From Porphyridium purpureum (Eukaryota), in NCBI GenBank assembly GCA_008690995.1, contig VRMN01000004.1, forward strand, positions 248,001 through 312,000: a stretch of DNA of 64,000 bases. Direction: 5' to 3'. Positions 30,768-41,522 of this stretch are shown here, piece after piece (positions within the stretch are counted from its first letter, which is position 1; the number at the start of each line of letters is the position of its first letter). The translations under genes were made by a program, and so were the position numbers. The notes below the pieces were generated by a model. The model saw only the letters and a list, made by a program, of their open reading frames with translations, was not told where the DNA came from and made no database searches.

Positions 30768-32972
30768 TCATTCATTTGGAGACACGGACGACAGATGTAT
30801 TTGCTGTTCGCTCGTGGCGAGTGCCATCGCCTTTTCGTACTCGCCCTCATCACCCGCGATGCGGCAAAGCACTCTGAATCGCGCGCTCGTCTCCCAGACT
30901 GCTGGCGCTCTCCGTGTCTTCGTCATGCACTCGTTGTCCTCTTCCGTGATGCGAATCTTGGGCAGCTCATGAATCCCCAGCGCAGAACACACGCCACGAA
31001 CCCTGATGCATCGCGTTCCCGTGCGCGCCGCAAGCGTCTCGGTCCGAAAGTCCAGCGTGTCTACCCTGAGAGCTGCATATTCGCGCCCCATGTTGTTCAT
31101 CAGGCCGCCGCCGCCGCCGCCTGCATCGTCCATAAAGGATATTCGAGGCGACCGAATCTCTCGCGCGGAGTAATTTCGAATCTCAATGTCGAGCGTGAAG
31201 ACTTCTGCAAAGTACACGATCTGCGGATGACGAATGACCAACTGTAGCTCAAAGTCCGAAGCGCTCGGAGGACTCCAGCGGCCAAATACCACCAAGTCTG
31301 AGTCTTGCGCCCACAAGCTTCGCGGAAATTGCGTTTCGGGGAACGGCAGCGACACGCAGAATGGTGTGTCGAGCGTGGCACAATCCGGCAGAGCCTGCCA
31401 CATCCTCGTGTCAGCATTCGCGTGCTGCACACGGAACGAGTACATGAGCTCCTCGTCAAATCGCAGGGTCTCCCGTGCGTCGCTACGACCCTTAAATAGT
31501 GGCTGTGCGCAGATAACTTCAGCAACCTGGGAGAGCGTGCTCCCTCTGAGATGTTGCCAAGACGCAAAAGTTGGCGTCGAAGCGTCTACAAGAATGGTAC
31601 GCGCAAGATCAATTCGAGGCTGTGACAGGACCACGTCTTTCTTGTCCGCCCGGCAATTCTGCACCTTCACCGCTATGATCGCGCACGGCCGTGAGATCCA
31701 ATGCGCTTGACGAAGAACCGTAGACAGCTGGACAGGTGAGCGCATGGTGATTTGCGAGGCGTGCACGAAGCTTGCCGGCAGCTGAGCATTGCTTATACTT
31801 ACAGACTTCATACCACGACCCACAAGCGCCAGCACATTAGACGTATCTAGGTCGCGGTAAAGCTCGTCGCACAAAACAGATACGTGCAGCGTCTTTTCCA
31901 AAATAATGCGTGACTCGAGGCAGCCACTAGCGTGAATCCACATGAGCCGAATCGGTGCCAATCGCACCAGGCGCTCGTGACCGTCAGCCGCGGTCATATC
32001 AAACTGAAGCATCTGCGCCGTCCTCGCAGGGTTGGACTTACCACCGAGAGCACGATCATCGAGCTTCGGCAGCAGGAACTGTTTTGGCTGATCTGGGCTC
32101 GGCAGCTGTACCGTTAGCCAGCCCGTGTCATGCAGAACATTGCGCATCGCCACGTGCTTGTGCAGGGGTGCGGACAGAAGCGCGCTTTGCGTCAAAGGCA
32201 GCCCGTTTCGATACTGCTGCTGCTTGAAAGGCCCGCCTACACTGGAGGAGGGCAGCACGTCATGTAGTGACAGATTGTCTGTTAGTGACAGCTCCACACA
32301 CGAGAAGCTCTGAGCGGTTTCATTCAAGCTCGTCAGAATCGCTTGCGGAGTGCCTGCGAAATGCACTGTTTCCTTAGGCTCAAGCGATAGCGCTACGCAG
32401 ACAACATCATTAAAGTATACGGTGTTGAGTTCTGGTGCATCATGCACTTTGGCAGCCATCTGCTCGTGACTGGGTGTTGGCGCGTTGGTGACTTGACTCC
32501 TGTCCACGTGCAAAGGTAGATCGATGGCGTGCAAGGAGACCGCGAGCCTACATTCGTGTGGAGAAAAAGGAATGCGCTTGGCTTGCACCGAAGCGGCCGC
32601 TGCAGCGCCTGCAGCGGCCACTGCCGCAGCCGCCGATGCGTTGCCCGATCGGTCTGTCGCAGCCTTTGTCTCGCCTTGTTTGCTGGGCACCCGTCTATGA
32701 TGATGTTGCCTTTCGGACGCAGAGCCCGCAGCGGTCCTGCTATTCTTCTGAGCGGCTGCGTCTGGCGAGGCGCCACGCGCCGCGTCCACCATCACATCCG
32801 GGCTGGCATTCCCACTGCCAGTGCGACTGCCAGACGGCGGCGGCGCACCTATAGCACCGTTTGAACTGGCGCGCCGGCCATGTGCGCGGCTCATACCCGC
32901 CGCTGTTATCTGCGGCGCCTCATCTGACGCAAGATCATCTCGACTCGAAAACACCTCGCGCGGCGTATCCAT
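30768..32972 (-). CDS. Hypothetical protein; C-terminal Ig-like region reminiscent of TRAPP accessory subunits (Trs65/TRAPPC14-like)
   Basis: Long ORF; PQIVYFAEVFTLDIEIRN...GIHELPKIRITE pattern. Family call is tentative. Confidence 0.5.
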   Translation of the reverse strand: MDTPREVFSSRDDLASDEAPQITAAGMSRAHGRRASSNGAIGAPPPSGSRTGSGNASPDVMVDAARGASPDAAAQKNSRTAAGSASERQHHHRRVPSKQGETKAATDRSGNASAAAAVAAAGAAAAASVQAKRIPFSPHECRLAVSLHAIDLPLHVDRSQVTNAPTPSHEQMAAKVHDAPELNTVYFNDVVCVALSLEPKETVHFAGTPQAILTSLNETAQSFSCVELSLTDNLSLHDVLPSSSVGGPFKQQQYRNGLPLTQSALLSAPLHKHVAMRNVLHDTGWLTVQLPSPDQPKQFLLPKLDDRALGGKSNPARTAQMLQFDMTAADGHERLVRLAPIRLMWIHASGCLESRIILEKTLHVSVLCDELYRDLDTSNVLALVGRGMKSVSISNAQLPASFVHASQITMRSPVQLSTVLRQAHWISRPCAIIAVKVQNCRADKKDVVLSQPRIDLARTILVDASTPTFASWQHLRGSTLSQVAEVICAQPLFKGRSDARETLRFDEELMYSFRVQHANADTRMWQALPDCATLDTPFCVSLPFPETQFPRSLWAQDSDLVVFGRWSPPSASDFELQLVIRHPQIVYFAEVFTLDIEIRNYSAREIRSPRISFMDDAGGGGGGLMNNMGREYAALRVDTLDFRTETLAARTGTRCIRVRGVCSALGIHELPKIRITEEDNECMTKTRRAPAVWETSARFRVLCRIAGDEGEYEKAMALATSEQQIHLSSVSPNE

Positions 32973-33404
32973 TTGCTCTTGCCACACATCCTCTTGTTCA
33001 TTCGCCTCTCCGCATCTTCTCGCCTTCTTCACACCACTTTTATTTCCCGCGAGTTTCGAACTTTGCGTTCCAAAATCCAAATCCAGCACGAAAAAAAACA
33101 CGAACGCAAAACTGAACAAGTGTCAAAAATCGCATCGAGTTTTATGGTGAAAATGGAGCGAACAGCCACAAACACACAAAGAACGACAGCAGTAGTGTGC
33201 CTAGTAGAACGAGCTGGTTTGTCCATGAAACATTGAACTTGGATGCGAGCAAAAGTGGGTGACATGCGGCTGGAAAAGGGGGCGGAAAAGTGGCGTGTCT
33301 GAACTGGAAACCGCGTGGGTTGAACAGGTTTTTGGGCAGAATTGTGGGAAAAAACAGAGAGAGAACGAGAGAAAGAGGGAAAGGGCGAGAGACGAGGAGA
33401 AGCC

Positions 33405-34535
33405 ATGGCGGAACATGGAACGTGCCAGAGCCACAGTGAGAATGAGAGCCAGAACCAGAACCTGAATCTCATGGGTTTGGAAGGCGAGGCGCTGTTCCAT
33501 TTCAAACAGGCGATCACGCACTTGGACATGGTGAGAGGCGCAGTGGGTTCGACGCCAGAGGGCCTGTTGACGCTGAGTTGGACGCCCAACCTTGGGTTTA
33601 CAAAGTTGGTGTATCAGGCGAGGCTGTGCGCTCAAACGGCGCGAAACTCCGCGCGCCGCAACAGCGCGCAGCCCGTGTCGGCGCCACATGGTGATGTGTC
33701 GTGGCTGGCGGACGTGGTGATACCAGTCGACCCACTAGACGCGGAGCTCTCTGTGCTGCCTCGAGAACAGCTGCCGCTTTTCACCGAGTGCCAGGATACA
33801 AGGCAGAGCTTGAAGAATGCAGATGTTTCGCGATTGGTCAACATGACCCCCGTTTTCATCGCTGACGAAACTGTTCGTGAGCTGTCATCGCGACTGCTTC
33901 GCAGGTCAAATGTGAAGTATGCCATGGACTACAAAGCCCGGAACAACCGGTACAATGGTATTCACGGTATCGGGCAGCCAATGGAAGAGCGGCTGCGCCG
34001 GGCCCTTTTCTACACGGCGCTTTCTGCGCTTGGTGTGCGGTCGTCGAAGCGAACGGCGTTGTCCAACATGTTTCCACATGCAATGAAGAACAAATATGCC
34101 TTGTTTGCAGGCGAGGCCGACCCGGTGGAGGAGCGGGCGCCCAAAGTGCTCATGTTTGCTCCACGAATGTTTCGCGGAGCCATGACCCGGATGTTTTGCT
34201 ACGGACTGCAACATCCGGAAACGCGCCCACTCTTCCGGATGGCGCTGCGTGCGGTCGAGAAGGAATTGCAGGACTTGAAAGCGGGGCCAGGGGCGAAAGA
34301 TGCCAAGGAAGAAAGTGAAGGCAAGGAGAGCGTGCTTGACTTGGAAGAAGACGACGAAGACGTGCATGCGGAAAAAGATCCAACCATCACTGCAAATGCA
34401 TCGAATGGTGGTGCCGCCGCGACAGTTCCTCCACAAACTTATGTGGATGTGCGAGAGCAGGACCCGCTACCTGTCAGCAAGAAGCGGAACCATGCATCCA
34501 ACTCTTTCGAGCCCGTGAAGAAAGCCCGAGACTAA
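33405..34535 (+). CDS. Hypothetical protein with acidic/NLS-like C-terminus
   Basis: Long ORF preceded by a GA-rich leader like neighbouring host genes. Confidence 0.6.
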   Translation: MAEHGTCQSHSENESQNQNLNLMGLEGEALFHFKQAITHLDMVRGAVGSTPEGLLTLSWTPNLGFTKLVYQARLCAQTARNSARRNSAQPVSAPHGDVSWLADVVIPVDPLDAELSVLPREQLPLFTECQDTRQSLKNADVSRLVNMTPVFIADETVRELSSRLLRRSNVKYAMDYKARNNRYNGIHGIGQPMEERLRRALFYTALSALGVRSSKRTALSNMFPHAMKNKYALFAGEADPVEERAPKVLMFAPRMFRGAMTRMFCYGLQHPETRPLFRMALRAVEKELQDLKAGPGAKDAKEESEGKESVLDLEEDDEDVHAEKDPTITANASNGGAAATVPPQTYVDVREQDPLPVSKKRNHASNSFEPVKKARD

Positions 34536-34913
34536 GAGTCGATGTTCAGAGGACGCTCCGCTCAATAGGCGCGCTGGTGTTTACGCTGCCCAGCTTTGCA
34601 TGGCGTCTGCTCGAAGAAACGCTGTGAGCCATTTCGGCGATATTCTAACTTGTAGATCTTTGAGATTAACACTTCGATCCTGTGTCGCGTCGGCCACAAT
34701 GCGCACATACCCCGTTTGCCCTGCTGCTTGCGGTTGGACATTTTTTTTGTAAACTCATGCGCAGTCGACGCTTCCGCTGCGCCGCAACACCGTTGACCTT
34801 GCTTCATTGACGTTGCGAATCGAAATCAAGCACGCGCACCTTGTTGCCGTGATCTGGGCCTGCTGGACTGCACGTGGCATCGGAGAGACGAAGTGCGAGA
34901 CGAGACTCTACAG

Positions 34914-36842
34914 ATGGCATTTCTTGTGGCTGTGCCGCACGCCCGGGTGCCCGGTGCTAATGCGCCGCTCCCTCAGTGTGCGCAGAATAGGCCCGCGCAT
35001 TCGCGTCCTGTTGTGCCAATGGCGGAGCGGCGGCGGAGTCGTCACAGTCCATGCGTGGCAATGAGTAGCGTAGGTTTGGAGCACAGCGTGGTCAACACGG
35101 GAATGCCCTTACATGAGCGTATGGCAAATATGCCCCGGTTTGCCGCCGCCGAGCGTCGCGTCGATCCGTTTGCGGGCAGCCAGCGTGCAGACATGCGAGA
35201 GGGTGACAGTGACGCCGAGGCGGTCAACATGTTGAACGTGGTGTACGCGTATCCCAGTACTTACGCGGTGGGGATTTGCAGTTTGGGATATCAGCTCGTG
35301 CACGAAGCACTGAGAAAAATGCGACACGTTTCGACCGCACGCCTCTTCACCGACGCGTGCGAGCGCTTGCCTGCCCAAATTGATGTGCTGGGCATTTCCT
35401 TGTCGTGGGAGCTGGACTACGTGAATATAATGCAGCATTTCACGCTCCTGGGCATTCCCATGATGAGCATAGAGCGGAACGCTCCTCGTGAAGACGCGAG
35501 CGCTCCGTATCCGCTCGTGTTTGGTGGCGGGCCTGTTCTGTCTGCCAATCCAGAGCCTTTTGCCGAGTTCTTTGATGTCGTGCTTCTCGGAGACGGTGAG
35601 GAGCTTCTACCAGAATTTATTGAAGCTTTGCAGCGACTCCGGTCGAGCACGAAGTCACGGCGAGAGTTGCTTATCGAGCTTGCAAAGGGCGTGCCGGGAG
35701 TGTACGTTCCGCAGCTCTTTGAGATTGAGTACGAATCGTCTGTGGGCCCGATTGCTGCGATTCGTCTTGCGGAAGACGCCAGGCAAGCTGGAGTGCCGGA
35801 AACAGTGCAGAAAAGAACGTTTCGGGGAAGACAGTTGGCAACGAGCACCATTGTTACGGAATATTCAGCATGGGAAAACATTTTCATGGTCGAAGCGGTA
35901 CGTTCGTGCCCAGAAATGTGCCGTTTCTGTCTAGCAAGTTATGTCACGCTTCCATTTCGGGCAACAGACGTGGATAATTTTCTCATCCCCAGCATAGAGT
36001 CTGCTATGCGTGTCACAGACCGGATCGGTATTCTAGGCGCATCGGTGACCCAGCATCCGCAGTGGGATGCAGTGGTGGATGCTTTGTTGGAACCACGCTT
36101 TGACGGTTTGCGCATCTCGCTCTCTTCGGTTCGCACTAACACGGTCACACAGCGCCTCGCCGAGATGCTGGTCAAGCACGGCTCAAAGTCGATCACAATT
36201 GCGGTGGAAAGTGGGAGCAAGCGTGTTCGCGAGATTGTGAACAAGAAATTGGCGCAGGAGGACATTGAGAAGGCCGTCCTTAGTGCGTGCCGAGGCGGCC
36301 TGTCGAGTCTAAAACTTTACGGTATGACCGGGATACCGGGCGAGAGCGATGAGGATGTGCGCCTTACCATCGAAATGTTTGCGCGTTTGAAAGAACTGGT
36401 CAAGAAGGAAAAGTCATCGCTAAAGCTCACATTTGGCTGCTCTACGTTTGTGCCCAAGGCGCACACACCGTTTCAGTGGTTCGGTGTGCGGCCCGAAGCG
36501 CAGAAGCGGCTAAAGACGATCGAAAAGAACTTGAAAAAGATAGGTGTTGACTTTCGGCCCGAGTCGTATAAGTGGTCAGTCATTCAGGCCCTTCTTGCGC
36601 GTGGCGACCGTCGCATCATGAAGGTTCTGATCATGGCCGTAGCGTATGGAGACTCATTTGGCGCATTCAACCGCGTCTTCAAGGCGCTCAAGGGTCAAGT
36701 TCCACCGCTGGAAATGTACGCCTTCGAGGATTACCCTCTCGACCGCCAGCTGCCGTGGTCGCATCTACGGACCGCCATTGCGCCTGAACTTATCGAAGAC
36801 CATTTCCGTTCTTCCGAGCAAGTGATGTCCGTGGAAGTGTGA
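34914..36842 (+). CDS. B12-binding-like radical SAM protein, probably plastid-targeted and of cyanobacterial type
   Basis: RSCPEMCRFC (CxxxCxxC), GGGPVLSANPEP, LLGDGEE, FVPKAHTPFQW; MAFLV transit-like start. Confidence 0.85.
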   Translation: MAFLVAVPHARVPGANAPLPQCAQNRPAHSRPVVPMAERRRSRHSPCVAMSSVGLEHSVVNTGMPLHERMANMPRFAAAERRVDPFAGSQRADMREGDSDAEAVNMLNVVYAYPSTYAVGICSLGYQLVHEALRKMRHVSTARLFTDACERLPAQIDVLGISLSWELDYVNIMQHFTLLGIPMMSIERNAPREDASAPYPLVFGGGPVLSANPEPFAEFFDVVLLGDGEELLPEFIEALQRLRSSTKSRRELLIELAKGVPGVYVPQLFEIEYESSVGPIAAIRLAEDARQAGVPETVQKRTFRGRQLATSTIVTEYSAWENIFMVEAVRSCPEMCRFCLASYVTLPFRATDVDNFLIPSIESAMRVTDRIGILGASVTQHPQWDAVVDALLEPRFDGLRISLSSVRTNTVTQRLAEMLVKHGSKSITIAVESGSKRVREIVNKKLAQEDIEKAVLSACRGGLSSLKLYGMTGIPGESDEDVRLTIEMFARLKELVKKEKSSLKLTFGCSTFVPKAHTPFQWFGVRPEAQKRLKTIEKNLKKIGVDFRPESYKWSVIQALLARGDRRIMKVLIMAVAYGDSFGAFNRVFKALKGQVPPLEMYAFEDYPLDRQLPWSHLRTAIAPELIEDHFRSSEQVMSVEV

Positions 36843-36908
36843 AGATGATCCTCAAGTTGGAAAGGCAGAAAGCAGCGGCTTGTCCAGTATCATAATGATG
36901 GCAATTTT

Positions 36909-36910
<2 letters not shown>

Positions 36911-36938
<28 letters not shown>
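36911..36938. repeat. Poly(T)28 tract between convergent genes
   Basis: Directly visible. Confidence 0.9.
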
Positions 36939-36942
<4 letters not shown>

Positions 36943-36994
36943 AAAGAAAATTTTGTATTGCGGCACCGCCGGAGCTAGCGACAACCACGGCGGA

Positions 36995-39106
36995 CTACTT
37001 TTTCTCAGCAAGCTTCTTCTCCAGCGCCTCAATGCGCTTTTCACTGGCCTCTAATTTCTTCGCAGTGTCGTTACGAGCTCGTTCCGTGTCGGCCAACATC
37101 TTTTGCTGTTCTCTGAGCTGCTTTTGGAAATCGTCCGCACTTTTCCTGAGCTCAGCCTGCTTATCCTTATCTGCTTGTGCAAGCTTGGCCTTGAGTTCTT
37201 GGTCTTTTGCAGCAAGCTGCTTATCAAAACTTTTTTGCGTGCTTGCTAATGCAGACGTGCTGCTCTTCTCAGTTTCCGCAAGCTGCTTCTTCAAGCCTGC
37301 AATGGTCGTCTGGGATTCCTTCTGAGTCTCTGCAAATCTTGCAGCGACTCGCTTCTCGGCAGCCTTCTCGGCCTCTGCTAACTGTTTCTTCAAGTCAGAA
37401 ATCACTGCCTGATCCTGTTTGGACAGATCAGCCAGCTTCGCGGCTGTCTGTTTCTCTCCGTTCTGCTCCGCGGACTTCACAGCCGACTGCATGGCCACAT
37501 CCTTTGCTTTCAACTGGGCCTCCAGTTTCTTCGCCTCCTGCTCGGCCGCCTTTTTCATGCTGTCCAATGCACTCGCAGCCTTCTTCTCCGACTCCGCAAT
37601 CACCTTCTTTAGCCGCTCTTCACTCGCTTTTTTCTCCGCGTCCACCGCGGCCACGCGCCGCTTGTCCAGTTCCGCAATTTGCTGCTCAAACTTACTCGCT
37701 GCCTTCTTAGCCGCATCGGCCATTTCCACCCGCATTTTTTCCGAATCACCAAGCTTCGCGCGAATTTCTGCGAGCGCCGCATCCCCCTCCTTTTTCAGCG
37801 CAAGAAGCTTGACTTCTGTCTCTTTCGCAGCCTCCTTCTGGGTCGCGACCACCTGCGCTTCAAGTTCCTTGATACGCGCAGCGTCGGTGACTCGGTTATC
37901 CGCAATCTGCTTTTCCAATTGTGCTTGTGCCGCAGCTATGCGATCCGCAGCTTCCTTCTCGATCTTCGCGCGCTCCAACCCAAGCGACTTCATCAACTCC
38001 TCAGACTGCTGCGTCTTGATCTTGGCATTTTCGAACGCCTCCATCTGGTCGTCGGTCAGCTCTAGTAATCTACGGTTCTCTGCTTCCTTCGCCCGAAACG
38101 CGCTCTCCAGGGACTTGAGTTCGGGCTGTGCCGTAAGTTTGCTCTCGAGCGCCTTGACAGCTTGTGTGAGCCTAGCGTTCTCGGCGTCGCGTCGCAAAAG
38201 CTCAGCATCCATCTGCACGCGTGAGTCCAACAGTCTTTCACGCGCGAGCGCCACCTCTTCTTGTCCAGCGTCCAGTGCTACCTTGAGCTCGTTGGACTGC
38301 GCTTGCACCTTTTCCAGTTGCTTTTTGAGCGCAGTGATCTGCGCCTGGTCTTTTATCGGCCCATCTGCAAAACTCACTTGAATGCCGGCGCGAGCCAGGA
38401 ACTCGCCCTTCTTTCCGAGCAACACAACACGCTCGAGGTTGAACTTGGCCTGCGCCGACGCGAGTAAGTCGTCCACCAACCCGCGCTGTTCTGAATTCGT
38501 CAGGCGCACAAACTTTGCTGCGTCCACTTGGATGTTCGCGCATCGCTCGTCGAGAGGATCGATCACTGCATTCTCTACAAGCTTAACATTTTTACCGCCG
38601 CTCTGCTTCAGCGCCTTGGACAGCGCGTCCATCGATTCGGCTGAGCTTGAGATCGACGATCCGCCGGGAGCCGTTGACGATGACGACGATGGCGATGTCT
38701 TTTCAGTCTGCGATTTGGAGGAATTCCCACCACCACCACCGAAACCAAACGGATTTGGCAGCGAAATGGCCTCGCTCTCGGAGCTGCCGATCAGCTGCAC
38801 GATCAGGACGACCGCAACCGTCACAATCGCGTGGCGGAGCTTTTCCGGAACGACGTTTGCCGCGAGAGCACGCGATTCTCTCGGCACGGATGACGCTGAT
38901 TCCGACTCGGCACGATGGCGTCGAGCCATGACGAGCGCACCAAAGCGCACCGCAGTACGCCGATGCAGCCTCGAGCTCAACCCTACATCTCGACACGAAC
39001 GCGTCCTTGTGTGCGACAACGGCGCAACGCACGGCGCGCTGCCAGGCAGCACGACAAATCCCGCCGAGCGCGCCAGCATTGTACGCAGCGCTCGATGCCG
39101 ATCCAC
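36995..39106 (-). CDS. Long coiled-coil protein with bipartite (plastid plus thylakoid-signal-like) N-terminus
   Basis: GFVV transit-like start, hydrophobic stretch ending SEA, then about 450 aa of K/E/A-rich heptads. Confidence 0.7.
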   Translation of the reverse strand: MDRHRALRTMLARSAGFVVLPGSAPCVAPLSHTRTRSCRDVGLSSRLHRRTAVRFGALVMARRHRAESESASSVPRESRALAANVVPEKLRHAIVTVAVVLIVQLIGSSESEAISLPNPFGFGGGGGNSSKSQTEKTSPSSSSSTAPGGSSISSSAESMDALSKALKQSGGKNVKLVENAVIDPLDERCANIQVDAAKFVRLTNSEQRGLVDDLLASAQAKFNLERVVLLGKKGEFLARAGIQVSFADGPIKDQAQITALKKQLEKVQAQSNELKVALDAGQEEVALARERLLDSRVQMDAELLRRDAENARLTQAVKALESKLTAQPELKSLESAFRAKEAENRRLLELTDDQMEAFENAKIKTQQSEELMKSLGLERAKIEKEAADRIAAAQAQLEKQIADNRVTDAARIKELEAQVVATQKEAAKETEVKLLALKKEGDAALAEIRAKLGDSEKMRVEMADAAKKAASKFEQQIAELDKRRVAAVDAEKKASEERLKKVIAESEKKAASALDSMKKAAEQEAKKLEAQLKAKDVAMQSAVKSAEQNGEKQTAAKLADLSKQDQAVISDLKKQLAEAEKAAEKRVAARFAETQKESQTTIAGLKKQLAETEKSSTSALASTQKSFDKQLAAKDQELKAKLAQADKDKQAELRKSADDFQKQLREQQKMLADTERARNDTAKKLEASEKRIEALEKKLAEKK

Positions 39107-39376
39107 TGCCAGCGGCTACTGTCACTTCCACCACGCAGATAGAGCGACCACACACACCCAAGCACAAACGCATCTCTTCACTCCTCTCGATACGAACCAC
39201 TCTTATCGGTTTCGCTCATCGAGCCAATCGGTTCACCGACTACTTTCATATTAAAACAGACGTATTTTACTATAAAACGGCACGAGATGCACGCACCTTG
39301 CATTTGTATGGCAATCTCGCAAAGCACCTCGGAGCAGAGTACAGTTGGGGTACACGACGGAGTATTTAAGGTACAC

Positions 39377-41275
39377 TTACAGCGGCAATTCAGACTCGAT
39401 GGAAAGCAGCGACGAGGCGAGTTGCATCTCGGCATGTTGCAATGCGTACGCTGCTTCTTGTTTGACGGGCACGGGTAGCGCTCGCGGAAGGCATGGATGG
39501 AAAGCTGACTGGTTGACTCGCACGTTGTTCTCCATAATCTCCGTAGAAATGTCCGACCGGTTTGCGCAGACCGGGGTAGTCGAGCTGAGCTGACGCGAAA
39601 GCAGCGCAACATTGTCTGCAATCAGCGCATCGACGCCCAGTTCCAGCTGCCTTCGCGCGCTTGCCGCGTCAGAGTTTGTTCGGCCGTAAGTAAGCACTGT
39701 GTTGAGACCATGGTCTCGGATGCACGCCGGAAGCTGCGCGTTTTCCAGGACCATGTCTGACAGAACAACCATTCCATCCAGGCGCGACGCCGCTGCATAC
39801 TCGGCGGCGTGCTCAATGGATACAGTGCGCGGGTCCTTCATGTCATTCCCTCGCTCGCGACGCTCGCTATTTAAAAACAACACCGGGAAACGCTCCTGCT
39901 TCATTCGAAGCATCGCACACAGGTCGGCGTCAAAGGACAAGAAGACAATGGAGCGCCTTGGGTGATGGTGCAGACTGGACGCGACGCGATTCAAGACCGC
40001 ATCCACAAAGTGATTTCTGTTAGGGTACGGAATTTCGTGCGTCTGTTCTGGCGTCGGATACTTGAGCTCAATCAGCAGACCGACGCTTTCCGGTAACATA
40101 CAACAAACATCATGCAAGCTCGGAAGGTCATCTGGTATTTCACCCGAGTCCTCATGCGCGTGCACAGCCAAGTCGTCGTCATCTTTTGCAACACACCAGC
40201 TCTGTTGCAGCCCCCGCCACTCCGCAAAAGTCACGCTGTACGGGGCGACTCGAATCTCTTGGCTTGTGCTCCATTGGCTGTCACGCTTGCGGAAGAAGAA
40301 ATCATGGAAAACAATGGGCTCTCCGTCACGCGTCAATTGGACGTCCAGCTCTACGTGGGTGATGTTGGCAGCCATCACCGCAGCCAGGAAGCTTAGAATG
40401 GTGTTTTCCTGCACGTAATGGGTCCTGCGGCCACCAGACCCACGGTGTCCAATCAGTTTGCTGAATTGAGGTATGCGAGATGCCGCGCTCACCGGCTCAC
40501 GCACTAGTAGAACAGAGTCTGGGCACGGCGTGCACATCATAAACTCAAGCGAAAGCTTGCCGACAATCGCCTGCTTGCCCATTTCTCGGCGAAGCACGGG
40601 GCGTGTGAGCACACCATGCATGCCAGCCGCCATTTCCGACGCCAGCACAAAGGAATTTCCAACAATCACAAAATTACCGTGCAACTTGTTGCGGCACAAA
40701 ATTTGCACGCTGACGTCAAAGTCGTCCAGCTTTTCGGCCTGGAAGTCAAGCCACATGGGAGCAAAGCCATCCTGCAGCCGAACGTGAACATTCTCACTCA
40801 TCACGCTGACGTCGAGAGCAAAGTGAAGGTCGTTCGAACCCGAAGTGCCAAACAGGTTAGATATCTGGTCCAGGACGCGGTCATGCAACTGCACAGCCGG
40901 CCTGCTTTCTCGCGGGTGCCCCATGACCATTCGCAAAAGACAGCGTCGCAGTGGGAAGTCTGACGGCAGAACGCCCAAGCCAGTCCGTGGCCATCTCGGC
41001 ACACCTAACTTCTGCTCTGTCTCCATGATGTGTCGCTGTGCAAGCAAGACCCCAAAACCCCACCTCGCAAAATACCCTCAGCTTTGTCTCTTCCAGGCCC
41101 AGACCGCCTCCTCGTATCCACTTACGAGCAACTTGTCAATAGTAGGACCGCTGCTCCGCTGCAGCTGATATACCCCGTGTTGTCTGTGCGATTCTGCGTT
41201 TGCATCGCTGCGTACAGATGAGTCCATGCGTGGCGTGACGCGTATCGCCGTGAGTATCTTGTGCGCGCGGTTCAT
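39377..41275 (-). CDS. Glycerophosphodiester phosphodiesterase (GDE1/GPCPD1-like), with a predicted 90-bp intron at 41036-41125
   Basis: IGHRGSG, ENTILSF, VELDVQLTRDG.P++FHD, IELKYP, FLSFD. A GTAAGT donor and CAG acceptor join two ORFs in phase 0; the 5' exon is tentative. Confidence 0.8.
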
Positions 41276-41522
41276 CGAATCTCGTTCATTCTCTGCGCTG
41301 TCCACATGACAGAATGGCCCAATACACACTCCATCTTCTCATCGCCACATCATACTCACACATAACCATAGAGCACCACCACACCACCACCGCCAACCCA
41401 CGATACGACACACATCCGTCAACGGTTCATAAAAACAAAAACCAAAAAAAATGTGTGTCGCATTTCTGTTGAATCGAATTTCCAGATGCACTGTACCTGG
41501 TGATCATGTTGTCCAAGACCAT

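Noticed and set aside
36911..36938. Retrocopy poly(A) tail
   Set aside because: No TSD was found, and lack of introns is uninformative in this intron-poor genome.
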